Shown here piece by piece: positions 27,241 through 42,200 of a DNA stretch of 64,000 nt. Position 1 is the first letter of the stretch; every line of letters begins with the position of its first letter. Both the position numbers and the translations under genes were made by a program. The stretch comes from Eledone cirrhosa. Taxonomy: Eukaryota. The DNA lies in assembly GCA_964016885.1 (NCBI GenBank), contig OZ024744.1:110298001-110362000 (forward strand). The letters run 5' to 3'. The notes below the pieces were generated by a model. It saw only the letters and a list, made by a program, of their open reading frames with translations, did not search any database and was not told where the DNA came from.

Positions 27241-30200
27241 CTTGAACACAGTAAAACTACACAATCCACAATAACTTACCTTGCCCTGAACATAGTAAAA
27301 CTACGTAATCCACTATAACTTACCTTCCTCTAAACACAGTAAAACTACACGATCCACTATAACTTACCTTGCCCAGAACACAGTAAAACTACACAATCCA
27401 CTATAATTTACCTTGCCCTGAACACAGTAAAACTACACAATCCACTATAACTTACCTTGATCTGAACACAGTAAAACTACATAATCCACTATAACTTACC
27501 TTGCCCTGAACACAGTAAAACTAACACAATCCACTATAACTTACCTTGCCCTGAACACAGTAAACCTACACCATCCACTATAAATTACGTTGCCATGAAC
27601 ATGCTAAAACTACACCATCTTCTATAACTTACCTTGCCCTGAACACAGTAAAACCACACAATCCACTATAACTAACCTTGCCCTGAACACAGTAAAACTA
27701 CACAATCCACTATAACTTACCTTGCCCTGAACACAGTAAAACTACACGATCCACTATAACTTACCTTGCCCTGAACACAGTAAAACTACACAATCCACTA
27801 TAACTAACCTTGCTCGGAACACAGTAAAACTATACAATCCACCATAACTTACCTTGCCCTGAACACAGTAAATCTACACAATCCACTATAACTTACCTTG
27901 ACCTGAACAGAGTAAAACAACACAATCCACTATAACTTACCTTGCCCTGAACACACTAAAACTACACAATCCACTATAACTTACCTTGACCTGAACAGAG
28001 TAAAACTACACAATCCACTATAACTTACCTTGCACTGAAAACAGTAAAACTACACAACCCACTATAACTTACCTTGCCCTGAACATAGTAAAAGAACGTA
28101 ATCCACTATAACTTACCTTCCTTTGAACACAGTAAAACTACACAATCCACTATAATTTACCTTGCCCTGAACACAGTAAAACTAACACAATCCACTATAA
28201 CTTACCTTGCCCTGAACACAGTAAAACTACACAATCCACTATAAATTTCGTTGCCCTGAACATACTAAAACTAAACAATCTTCTATAACTTACCTTGCCC
28301 TGAACACAGTAAAACTACACAATCCACTATAAATTACGTTGCCCTGAACACAGTAAAACTACACAATCCACTATAAATTACCTTGCCTTGAACACAGTAA
28401 AATTACACAATCCACTATAACTAAACTTGCCCCGAACACAGTAAAACTACACAATCCACTATAACTTACCTTGCTCTGAACACAGTAAAACTACACAATC
28501 CACTATAACTTACCTTGCCCTGAACACAGTAAAACTACGTAATCCACTATAACTTACCTTGCCCTGAACAAAGTAAAACTACACAATCCACTATAATTTA
28601 CCTTGCCCTGAACACAGTAAAACTACACAATCCACCATAACTGACCTTGGTCTGAACACAGTAAAACTACACAATCCACTATAACTTACCTTGCTCTGAA
28701 CACAGTAAAACTACACAATCCACTATAACTTACCTTGCCCTGAACACAGTAAAACTACACAATCCACCATAACTTACCTTGCCCTGAACACAGTAAAAGA
28801 ACACAATCTTCTATAACTTACCTTGCCCTGAATACAGTGAAACTACACAATCCCCTATACCTTACCTTGCTCTGAACACAGTAAAACTACGCAATCCACT
28901 ATAACTTACCTTGCCCTGAACACAGTAAAACTACACAATCCACTATAACTTAAATTGCCCTGAACACAGTAAAACTACACAATCCACTATAACTTACCTT
29001 GCCCTGAACACAGTAAAAGTACATAATCCACTATAACTTACCTTGCTCTGAACACAGTATAACTTACCTTGCTCTGAACACAGTAAAACTACACGATCCA
29101 ATTTAACTTACCTTGCATTGACCACAGTAAAACTACACAATCCACTATAACTTACCTTGCTCTGAACACAGTAAAACTACATAATCCACTATAACTTACC
29201 TTGCCCTGAACACAGTAAAACTAACACAATCCACTATAACGTACCTTGCCCTGAACACAGTAAAACTACACAATCCACTATAAATTACGTTTCCATGAAC
29301 ATACTAAAACTACACAATCTTCTATAACTTACCTTGCCCTGAACACAGTAAAACTACACAATCCACTATAACTTACCTTGCCCTGAACACAGTAAAACTA
29401 CACAATCCACTATAACTTACCTTGCCCTGAACACAGTAATACTACACAACCCACTATAACTTACCTTGCCCTGAACACAGTAAAACTACACAATCCACTA
29501 TAACTTACCTTGCCCTGAACACAGTAAAACTACACAATCCACTTCAACTTACCTTGCTCTGAACACAGTAAAACTACACAATCCACTATAATTTACCTTG
29601 CCCTGAACATACTAAAACTACACAATCCACTATAACTTACCTTGCACTGAACACAGTAAAACTACAAGATCCACTATAACTTACCTTGCTCTGAACACAG
29701 TAAAACTACACAATCCACTATAAATTACGTTGCCCTGAACACAGTAAGACTACACAATCTTCTATAACTTACCTTGCCCTGAACACAGTAAAACTACACA
29801 ATCCACTATAACTTACCTTGCCCTGAACACAGTAAAACTACACAATCCACTATAACTTACCTTGCCCTGAACACAGTAAAACTACATAATCCACTATAAC
29901 TTACCTTGCCCTGAACACAGTAAAACTACACAATCCACTATAACTTACCTTGCCCTGAACACAGTAAAACAACACAATCCACTATAAATTACCTTGCCCT
30001 GAACACAGTAAAACTACACAATCCACTATAACTTACCTTGCCCTGAACACAGTAAAACTACACAATCCACTATAACTTACCTTGCCCTGAACACTGTAAA
30101 ACTACATAATCCACTATAACTTACCTTGCCCTGAAACAGTAAAACTACACAAACCACTATAACTTACCTTGCCCTGAACACAGTAAAACTACACGATCCA

Positions 30201-33200
30201 CTATAACTTACCTTGCCCTGAACACAGTAAAACTACACAATCCACTATAACTTACCTTGCCCTGAACACAGTAAAACTACACAATCCACTATAACTTACC
30301 TTGCCCTGAACACAGTAAAACTACACGATCCACTATAACTTACCTTGCCCTGAACACAGTAAAACTACACGATCCACTATAACTTACCTTGCCCTGAACA
30401 CAGTAAAACTACACAATCCACTATAACTAACCTTGCTCTGAACACAGTAAAACTATACAATCTACCATAACTTACCTTGCCCTGAACACAGTAAAACTAC
30501 ACAATCCACTATAACTTACCTTGACCTGAACAGAGTAAAACTACACAATCCACTATAACTTACCTTGCACTGGACACAATAAAACTACACAACCCACTAT
30601 AACTTACCTTGCCCTGAACACACTAAAACTACACAATCCACTATAACTTACCTTGCACTGGACACAGTAAAACTACACAATCCACTATAACTTACCTTGA
30701 CCTGAACAGAGTAAAACTACACAATCCACTATAACTTACCTTGACCTGAACAGAGTAAAACTACACAATCCACTATAACTTACCTTGACCTGAACAGAGT
30801 AAAACTACACAATCCACTATAACTTACCTTGACCTGAACAGAGTAAAACTACACAATCCACTATAACTTACCTTGCCCTCAACACAGTAAAACTACACAA
30901 TCCACTATAACTTACCTTGACCTGAACAGAGTAAAACTACACAATCCACTATAACTTACCTTGCACTGAAAACGGTAAAACTACACAACCCACTATAACT
31001 TACCTTGCCCTGAACATAGTAAAACTACATAATCCACTATAACTTACCTTGCCCTGAAACAGTAAAACTACACAAACCACTATAACTTACCTTGCCCTGA
31101 ACACAGTAAAACTACACGATCCACTATAACTTACCTTGCCTTGAACACAGTAAAACTACACGATCCACTATAACTTACCTTGCCCTGAACACAGTAAAAC
31201 TACACAATCCACTATAATTTACCTTGCCCTGAACACAGTAAAACTACAAGATCCACTATAACTTACCTTGCTCTGAACACAGTAAAACTACATAATCCAC
31301 TATAAATTACGTTGCCCTGAACACAGTAAAACTACACAACCCACTATAACATACCTTGCCCTGAACACAGTAAAACTACACAATCCACTGTAACTTACCT
31401 TGCCCTGAACACAGTAAAACTGCATAATCCACTATAACTTACCTTGCCCTGAACACAGTAAAACTACACAATCCACTATAACTTACCTTGCCCTGAACAC
31501 AGTAAAACTACACAATCCACTATAAATTACCTTGCCCTGAACACAGTAAAACTACACAATCCACTATAACTTACCTTGCCCTGAACACAGTAAAACTACA
31601 CAATCCACTATAACTTACCTTGCCCTGAACACTGTAAAACTACATAATCCACTATAACTTACCTTGCCCTGAAACAGTAAAACTACACAAACCACTATAA
31701 CTTACCTTGCCCTGAACACAGTAAAACTACACGATCCACTATAACTTACCTTGCCTTGAACACAGTAAAACTACACGATCCACTATAACTTACCTTGCCC
31801 TGAACACAGTAAAACTACACAATCCACTATAACTAACCTTGCTCTGAACACAGTAAAACTACACAATCCACTATAACTTACCTTGCCCTGAACACAGTAA
31901 AACTACACAAACCACTATAACTAACCTTGCTCTGAACACAGTAAAACTATACAATCCACCATAACTTACCTTGCCCTGAACACAGTAAAACTACACAATC
32001 CACTATAACTTACCTTGACCTGAACAGAGTAAAACTACACAATCCTCTATAACTTACCTTGCCCTGAACACACTAAAACTACACAATCCACTATAACTTA
32101 CCTTGCACTGAAAACAGTAAAACTACACAACCCACTATAACTTACCTTGCTCTGAACACAGTAAAACTACACAATCCACTATAACTTACCTTGCCCTGAA
32201 CATAGTAAAAGAACGTAATCCACTATAACTTACCTTCCTTTGAACACAGTAAAACTACACAATCCACTATAATTTACCTTGCCCTGAACACAGTAAAACT
32301 ACAAGATCCACTATAACTTACCTTGCTCTGAACACAGTAAAACTACATAATCCACTATAACTTACCTTGCCCTGAACACAGTAAAACTAACACAATCCAC
32401 TATAACTTACCTTGCCCTGAACACAGTAAAACTACACAATCCACTATAACTTGCCTTGCCCTGAACACAGTAAAAGTACACAATCCACTATAAATTACGT
32501 TGCCCTGAACATACTAAAACTACACAATCTTCTATAACTTACCTTGCCCTGAACACAGTAAAACTACACAATCCACTATAACTTCCCTTGCCCTGAACAC
32601 AGTAAAACTACACAACCCACTATAACATACCTTGCCCTGAACACAGTAAAACTACACAATCCACTGTAACTTACCTTGCCCTGAACACAGTAAAACTACA
32701 CAATCCACTATAACTTACCTTGCCCTGAACACAGTAAAACTGCATAATCCACTATAACTTACCTTGCCCTGAACACAGTAAAACCACACAATCCACTATA
32801 ACTTACCTTGCCCTGAACACAGTAAAACTACACAATCCACTATAACTTACCTTGCCCTGAACACAGTAAAACTACACAATCCACTATAACTTACATTGCC
32901 CTGAACACAGTAAAACTACACGATCCACTATAAATTACCTTGCCCTGAACACAGTAAACTACACGATCCACTATAACTTACCTTGCCCTGAACACAGTAA
33001 AACTACACAATCCACTATAACTAACCTTGCTCGGAACACAGTAATACTATACAATCCACCATAATTTACCTTGCCCTGACCACAGTAAAACTACACAATC
33101 CACTATAACTTACCTTGACCTGAACAGAGTAAAACTACACAATCCACTATAACTTACCTTGCCCTGAACACACTAAAACTACACAATCCACTATAACTTA

Positions 33201-36200
33201 CCTTGACCTGAACAGAGTAAAACTACACAACCCACTATAACTTACCTTGCCCTGAACATAGTAAAAAACGTAATCCACTATAACTTACCTTCCTTTGAAC
33301 ACAGTAAAACTACACAATCCACTATAATTTACCTTGCCCTGAACACAGTAAAACTACAAGATCCACTATAACTTACCTTGCTCTGAACACAGTAAAACTA
33401 CATAATCCACTATAACTTACCTTGCCCTGAACACAGTAAAACTAACACAATCCACTATAACTTACCTTGCCCTGAACACAGTAAAACTACACAATCCACT
33501 ATAACTTACCTTGCCCTGAACACAGTAAAACTACACAATCCACTATAAATTACCTTGCCCTGAACATACTAAAACTACACAATCTTCTATAACTTACCTT
33601 GCCCTGAACACAGTAAAACTACACAATCCACTATAACTTTCCTTGCCCTGAACACAGTAAAACTACACAACCCACTATAACATACCTTGCCCTGAACACA
33701 GTAAAACTACACAATCCACTATAACTTACCTTGCCCTGAACACACTAAAACTACACAATCCACTATAACTTACCTTGACCTGAACAGAGTAAAACTACAC
33801 AATCCACTATAACTTACCTTGCACTGAAATCAGTAAAACTACACAACCCACTATAACTTACCTTGCCCTGAACATAGTAAAAGAACGTAATCCACTATAA
33901 CTTACCTTCCTTTGAACACAGTAAAACTACACAATCCACTATAATTTACCTTGCCCTGAACACAGTAAAACTACAAGATCCACTATAACTTACCTTGCTC
34001 TGAACACAGTAAAACTACATAATCCACTATAACTTACCTTGCCCTGAACACAGTAAAACTAACACAATCCACTATAACTTACCTTGCCCTGAACACAGTA
34101 AAACTACACAATCCACTATAACTTACTTTGCCCTGAACACAGTAAAACTACACAATCCACTATAAATTACGTTGCCCTGAACATACTAAAACTACACAAT
34201 CTTCTATAACTTACCTTGCCCTGAACACAGTAAAACTACACAACCCACTATAACATACCTTGCTCTGAACACAGTAAAACTACACAATCCACTGTAACTT
34301 ACCTTGCCCTGAACACAGTAAAACTACACAATCCACTATAACTTACCTTGCCCTGAACACAGTAAAACTGTATAATCCACTATAACTTACCTTGCCCTGA
34401 ACACAGTAAAACAACACAATCCACTATAACTTACCTTGCCCTGAACACAGTAAAACTACACAATCCACTATAACTTACCTTGCCCTGAACACAGTAAAAC
34501 TACACAATCCACTATAACTTACCTTGCCCTGAACACAGTAAAACTACATGATCCACTATAACTTACCTTGCCCTGAACACAGTAAAACTACACGATCCAC
34601 TATAACTTACCTTGCCCTGAACACAGTAAAACTACACAATCCACTATAACTAACCTTGCTCGGAACACATTAAACTATACGATCCACCATAATTTACCTT
34701 GCCCTAAACACAGTAAAACTACACAATCCACTATAACTTACCTTGACCTGAACAGAGTAAAACTACACAATCCACTATAACTTACCTTGCACTGAAAACA
34801 GTAAAACTACACAACCCACTATAACTTACCTTGCCCAGAACATAGTAAAAGAACGTAATCCACTATAACTTACCTTCCTTTGAACACAGTAAAACTACAC
34901 AATCCACTATAATTTACCTTGCCCTGAACACAGTAAAACTACAAGATCCACTATAACTTACCTTGCTCTGAACACAGTAAAACTACATAATCCACTGTAA
35001 CTTACCTTGCCCTGAACACAGTAAAACTAACACAATCCACTATAACTTACCTTGTCCTGAACACAGTAAAACTACACAATCCACTATAACTTACCTTGCC
35101 CTGAACACAGTAAAACTACACAATCCACTATAAATTACGTTGCCCTGAACATACTAAAACTACACAATCTTCTATAACTTACCTTGCCCTGAACACAGTA
35201 AAACTACACAATCCATTATAACTTTCCTTGCCCTGAACACAGTAAAACTACACAACCCACTATAACATACCTTGCCCTGAACACAGTAAAACTACACAAT
35301 CCACTGTAACTTACCTTGCCCTGAACACAGTAAAACTACACAAATCAACTATAACTTACCTTGCCCTGAACACAGTAAAACTACATAATCCACTATAACT
35401 TACCTTGCCCTGAACACAGTAAAACTACACAATCCACTATAACTTACCTTGCCCTGAACACAGTAAAACAACACAATCCACTATAAATTACCTTGCCCTG
35501 AACACAGTAAAACTACACAATCCACTATAACTTACCTTGCCCTGAACACAGTAAAACTACACAATCCACTATAACTTACCTTGCCCTGAACACTGTAAAA
35601 CTACATAATCCACTATAACTTACCTTGCCCTGAAACAGTAAAACTACACAAACCACTATAACTTACCTTGCCCTGAACACAGTAAAACTACACAATCCAC
35701 TATAACTTATCTTGCACTGAACACAGTAAAACTACACAATCCACTATAACTTACCTTGCCCTGAACACAGTAAAACTACACAATCCACTATAACTTACCT
35801 TGCCCTGAACACAGTAAAACTACACGATCCACTATAACTTACCTTGCCCTGAACACAGTAAAACTACACGATCCACTATAACTTACCTTGCCCTGAACAC
35901 AGTAAAACTACACAATCCACTATAACTAACCTTGCTCTGAACACAGTAAAACTATACAATCCACCATAACTTACCTTGACCTGAACAGAGTAAAACTACA
36001 CAATCCACTATAACTTACCTAGCACTGGACACAGTAAAACTACACAACCCACTATAACTTACCTTGCCCTGAACACACTAAAACTACACAATCCACTATA
36101 ACTTACCTTGCACTGGACACAGTAAAACTACACAACCCACTATAACTTACCTTGCCCTGAACACACTAAAACTACACAACCCACTATAACTTACCTTGCC

Positions 36201-39200
36201 CTGAACACACTAAAACTACACAATCCACTATAACTTACCTTGACCTGAACAGATTAAAACTACACAATCCACTATAACTTACCTTGACCTGAACAGATTA
36301 AAACTACACAATCCACTATAACTTACCTTGACCTGAACAGAGTAAAACTACACAATCCACTATAACTTACCTTGCCCTGAACACAGTAAAACTACACAAT
36401 CCACTATAACTTACCTTGACCTGAACAGAGTAAAACTACACAATCCACTATAACTTACCTTGCACTGAAAACGGTAAAACTACACAACCCACTATAACTT
36501 ACCTTGCCCTGAACATAGTAAAAGAACGTAATCCACTATAACTTACCTTCCTTTGAACACAGTAAAACTACACAATCCACTATAATTTACCTTGCCCTGA
36601 ACACAGTAAAACTACAAGATCCACTATAACTTACCTTGCTCTGAACACAGTAAAACTACATAATCCACTATAACTTACCTTGACCTGAACACAGTAAAAC
36701 TAACACAATCCACTATAACTTACCTTGCCCTGAACACAGTAAAACTACACAATCCACTATAACTTACCTTGCCCTGAACACAGTAAAACTACACAATCCA
36801 CTATAAATTACGTTGCCCTGAACATACTAAAACTACACAATCTTCTATAACTTAACTTGCCCTGAACACAGTAAAACTACACAATCCACTATAACTTTCC
36901 TTGCCCTGAACACAGTAAAAGTACACAACCCACTATAACATACCTTGCCCTGAACACAGTAAAACTACACAATCCACTGTAACTTACCTTGCCCTGAACA
37001 CAGTAAAACTGCATAATCCACTATAACTTACCTTGCCCTGAACACAGTAAAACTACACAATCCACTAAAACTTACCTTGCCCTGAACACAGTAAAACTAC
37101 ACAATCCACTATAAATTACCTTGCCCTGAACACAGTAAAACTACACAATCCACTATAACTTACCTTGCCCTGAACACAGTAAAACTACACAATCCACTAT
37201 AACTTACCTTGCCCTGAACACTGTAAAACTACATAATCCACTATAACTTACCTTGCCCTGAAACAGTAAAACTACACAAACCACTATAACTTACCTTGCC
37301 CTGAACACAGTAAAACTACACGATCCACTATAACTTACCTTGCCTTGAACACAGTAAAACTACACGATCCACTATAACTTACCTTGCCCTGAACACAGTA
37401 AAACTACACAATCCACTATAACTAACCTTGCTCTGAACACAGTAAAACTACACAATCCACTATAACTTACCTTGCCCTGAACACAGTAAAACTACACAAT
37501 CCACTATAACTAACCTTGCTCTGAACACAGTAAAACTATACAATCCACCATAACTTACCTTGCCCTGAACACAGTAAAACTACACAATCCACTATAACTT
37601 ACCTTGACCTGAACAGAGTAAAACTACACAATCCTCTATAACTTACCTTGCCCTGAACACAGTAAAACTATACAATCCACCATAACTTACCTTGCCCTGA
37701 ACACAGTAAAACTACACAATCCACTATAACTTACCTTGACCTGAACAGAGTAAAACTACACAATCCACTATAACTTACCTTGCCCTGAACATAGTAAAAG
37801 AACGTAATCCACTATAACTTACCTTCCTTTGAACACAGTAAAACTACACAATCCACTATAACTTACCTTGCCCTGAACACAGTAAAACTACAAGATCCAC
37901 TATAACTTACCTTGCTCTGAACACAGTAAAACTACATAATCCACTATAACTTACCTTGCCCTGAACACAGTAAAACTACACAATCCACTATAAATTACGT
38001 TGCCCTGAACATACTAAAACTACACAATCTTCTATAAGTTACCTTGCCCTGAACACAGTAAAACTGCATAATCCACTATAAATTACCTTGCCCTGAACAC
38101 AGTAAAACTACACAATCCACTATAACTTACCTTGCCCTGAACACAGTAAAACTACACAATCCACTATAACTTACCTTGCCCTGAACACTGTAAAACTACA
38201 TAATCCACTATAACTTACCTTGCCCTGAAACAGTAAAACTACACAAACCACTATAACTTACCTTGCCCTGAACACAGTAAAACTACACAATCCACTATAA
38301 CTTACCTTGCCCTGAACACAGTAAAACTACACGATCCACTATAAATTACCTTGCCCTGAACACAGTAAAACTACACAATCCACTATAACTAACCTTGACC
38401 TGAACACAGTAAAACTACACAATCCACTATAACTTACCTTGTCCTGAACACACTAAAACTACACAATCCTCTATAACTTAACTGGCCCTGAACACAGTAA
38501 AACTAAACAATCCACTATAACTTAGCTTGCACTGAACACAGTAAAACTACACAATCCACTATAACTTACCTTGCCCTGAACACAGTAAAACTACACAATG
38601 CACTTCAACTTACCTTGCTCTGAACACAGTAAAACTACACAATCCACTATAACTTACCTTGCCCTGAACACAGTAAAATTACACAATCCACTATAACTAA
38701 CCTTGCCCTGAACACAGTAAAACTACACAATCCACTATAACTTACTTTGCTCTGAACACAGTGAAACTACACAATCCACCTTAACTTACCTTGCTCTGAA
38801 CACAGTAAAACTACACAATCCACTTCAACTTACCTTGCTCTGAACACAGTAAAACTACACAATCCACTATAACTTACCTTGCCCTGAACACAGTAAAATT
38901 ACACAATCCACTATAACTTACCTTGCCCTGAACACAGTAAAACTACATAATCCACTATAACTTAACATGCTCTGAACACAGTAAAACTACACAACCCACT
39001 ATAACTTACCTTGCCTTGAACACAGTAAAACTACACAATCCACAATAACTTACCTTGCCCTGAACATAGTAAAACTACGTAATCCACTATAACTTACCTT
39101 GCCCTGAACAGAGTAAAACTACACAATCCACTATAACTTACCCTGCCCTGAACACAGTAAAACTACACAATCCACTATAACTTACCTTGCCCTGAACACA

Positions 39201-42200
39201 GTAAAACTACACAATCCACTATAACTTACCTTGCCCTGAACACAGTAAACCTACACGATCCACTATAACTTACCTTGCCCTGAACACACTCAAACTACAC
39301 AATCCACTATAACTTACCTTGCACTGGACACAGTAAAACTACACAACCCACTATAACTTACCTTGCCCTGAACACACTAAAACTACACAATCCACTATAA
39401 CTTACCTTGCCCTGAACACAGTAAAATTACACAATCCACTATAACTTACCTTGCCCTGAACACAGTAAAACTACATAATCCACTATAACTTAACATGCTC
39501 TGAACACAGTAAAACTACACAACCCACTATAACTTACCTTGCCTTGAACACAGTAAAACTACACAATCCACAATAACTTACCTTGCCCTGAACATAGTAA
39601 AACTACGTAATCCACTATAACTTACCTTCCTCTAAACACAGTAAAACTACACAATCCACTATAACTTACCTTGCCCAGAACACAGTAAAACTACGTAATC
39701 CACTATAACTTACCTTGCCCTGAACACAGTAAAACTACACAATCCACTATAATTTACCCTGCCCTGAACACAGTAAAACTACACAATCCACTATAACTTA
39801 CCTTGCTCTGAACACAGTAAAACTACATAATCCACTATAACTTACCTTGCCCTGAACACAGTAAAACTAACACAATCCACTATAACTTACCTTGCCCTCA
39901 ACACAGTAAAACTACACCATCCACTATAAATTACGTTGCCATGAACATACTAAAACTACACGATCTTCTATAACTTACCTTGCCCTGAACACAGTAAAAC
40001 CACACAATCCACTATAACTTACCTTGCCCTGAACACAGTAAAACTACACAATCCACTATAACTTACCTTGCCCTGAACACAGTAAAACTACACAATCCAC
40101 TATAACTTACCTTGCCCTGAACACAGTAAAACTACACGATCCACTATAACTTACCTTGCCCTGAACACAGTAAAACTACACGATCCACTATAACTTACCT
40201 TGCCCTGAACACAGTAAAACTACACAATCCACTATAACTAAGCTTGCTCGGAACACAGTAAAACTATACAATCCACCATAACTTACCTTGCCCTGAACAC
40301 AGTAAAACTACACAATCCACTATAACTTACCTTGACCTGAACAGAGTAAAACTACACAATCCACTATAACTTACCTTGCCCTGAACACACTAAAACTACA
40401 CAATCCACTATAACTTACCTTGACCTGAACAGAGTAAAACTACACAATCCACTATAACTTACCTTGCACTGAAAACAGTAAAACTACACAACCCACTATA
40501 ACTTACCTTGCCCTAAACATAGTAAAAGAACGTAATCCACTATAACTTACCTTCCTTTGAACACAGTAAAACTACACAATCCACTATAATTTACCTTGCC
40601 CTGAACACAGTAAAACTACAAGATCCACTATAACTTACCTTGCTCTGAACACAGTAAAACTACATAATCCACTATAACTTACATTGCCCTGAACACAGTA
40701 AAACTAACACAATCCACTATAACTTACCTTGCCCTGAACACAGTAAAACTACACAATCCACTATAACTTGCCTTGCCCTGAACACAGTAAAAGTACACAA
40801 TCCACTATAAATTACGTTGCCCTGAACATACTAAAACTACACAATCTTCTATAACTTACCTTGCCCTGAACACAGTAAAACTACACAATCCACTATAACT
40901 TCCCTTGCCCTGAACACAGTAAAACTACACAACCCACTATAACATACCTTGCCCTGAACACAGTAAAACTACACAATCCACTGTAACTTACCTTGCCCTG
41001 AACACAGTAAAACTACACAATCCACTATAACTTACCTTGCCCTGAACACAGTAAAACTGCATAATCCACTATAACTTACCTTGCCCTGAACACAGTAAAA
41101 CTACACAATCCACTATAACTAACCTTGCTCGGAACACAGTAATACTATACAATCCACCATAATTTACCTTGCCCTGAACACAGTAAAACTACACAATCCA
41201 CTATAACTTACCTTGACCTGAACAGAGTAAAACTACACAATCCACTATAACTTACCTTGCCCTGAACACACTAAAACTACACAATCCACTATAACTTACC
41301 TTGACCTGAACAGAGTAAAACTACACAATCCACTATAACTTACCTTGTACTGAAAACAGTAAAACTACACAACCCACTATAACTTACCTTGCCCTGAACA
41401 TAGTAAAAAACGTAATCCACTATAACTTACCTTCCTTTGAACACAGTAAAACTACACAATCCACTATAATTTACCTTGCCCTGAACACAGTACAACTACA
41501 AGATCCACTATAACTTACCTTGCTCTGAACACAGTAAAACTACATAATTCACTATAACTTACCTTGCCCTGAACACAGTAAAACTAACACAATCCACTAT
41601 AACTTCTCCTTGCCCTGAACACACTAAAACTACACAATCCACTATAAATTACCTTGCCCTGATCATACTAAAACTACACAATCTTCTATAACTTACCTTG
41701 CCCTGAACACAGTAAAACTACACAATCCACTATAACTTTCCTTGCCCTGAACACAGTAAAACTACACAACCCACTATAACATACCTTGCCCTGAACACAG
41801 TAAAACTACACAATCCACTATAACTTACCTTGCCCTGAACACAGTAAAACTACACAATCCACTATAACTTACCTTGACCTGAACAGAGTAAAACTACACA
41901 ATCCACTATAACTTACCTTGCACTGAAAACAGTAAAACTACACAACCCACTATAACTTACCTTGCCCTGAACATAGTAAAAGAACGTAATCCACTATAAC
42001 TTACCTTCCTTTGAACACAGTAAAACTACACAATCCACTATAATTTACCTTGCCCTGAACACAGTAAAACTACAAGATCCACTATAACTTACCTTGCTCT
42101 GAACACAGTAAAACTACATAATCCACTATAACTTACCTTGCCCTGAACACAGTAAAACTAACACAATCCACTATAACTTACCTTGCCCTGAACACAGTAA

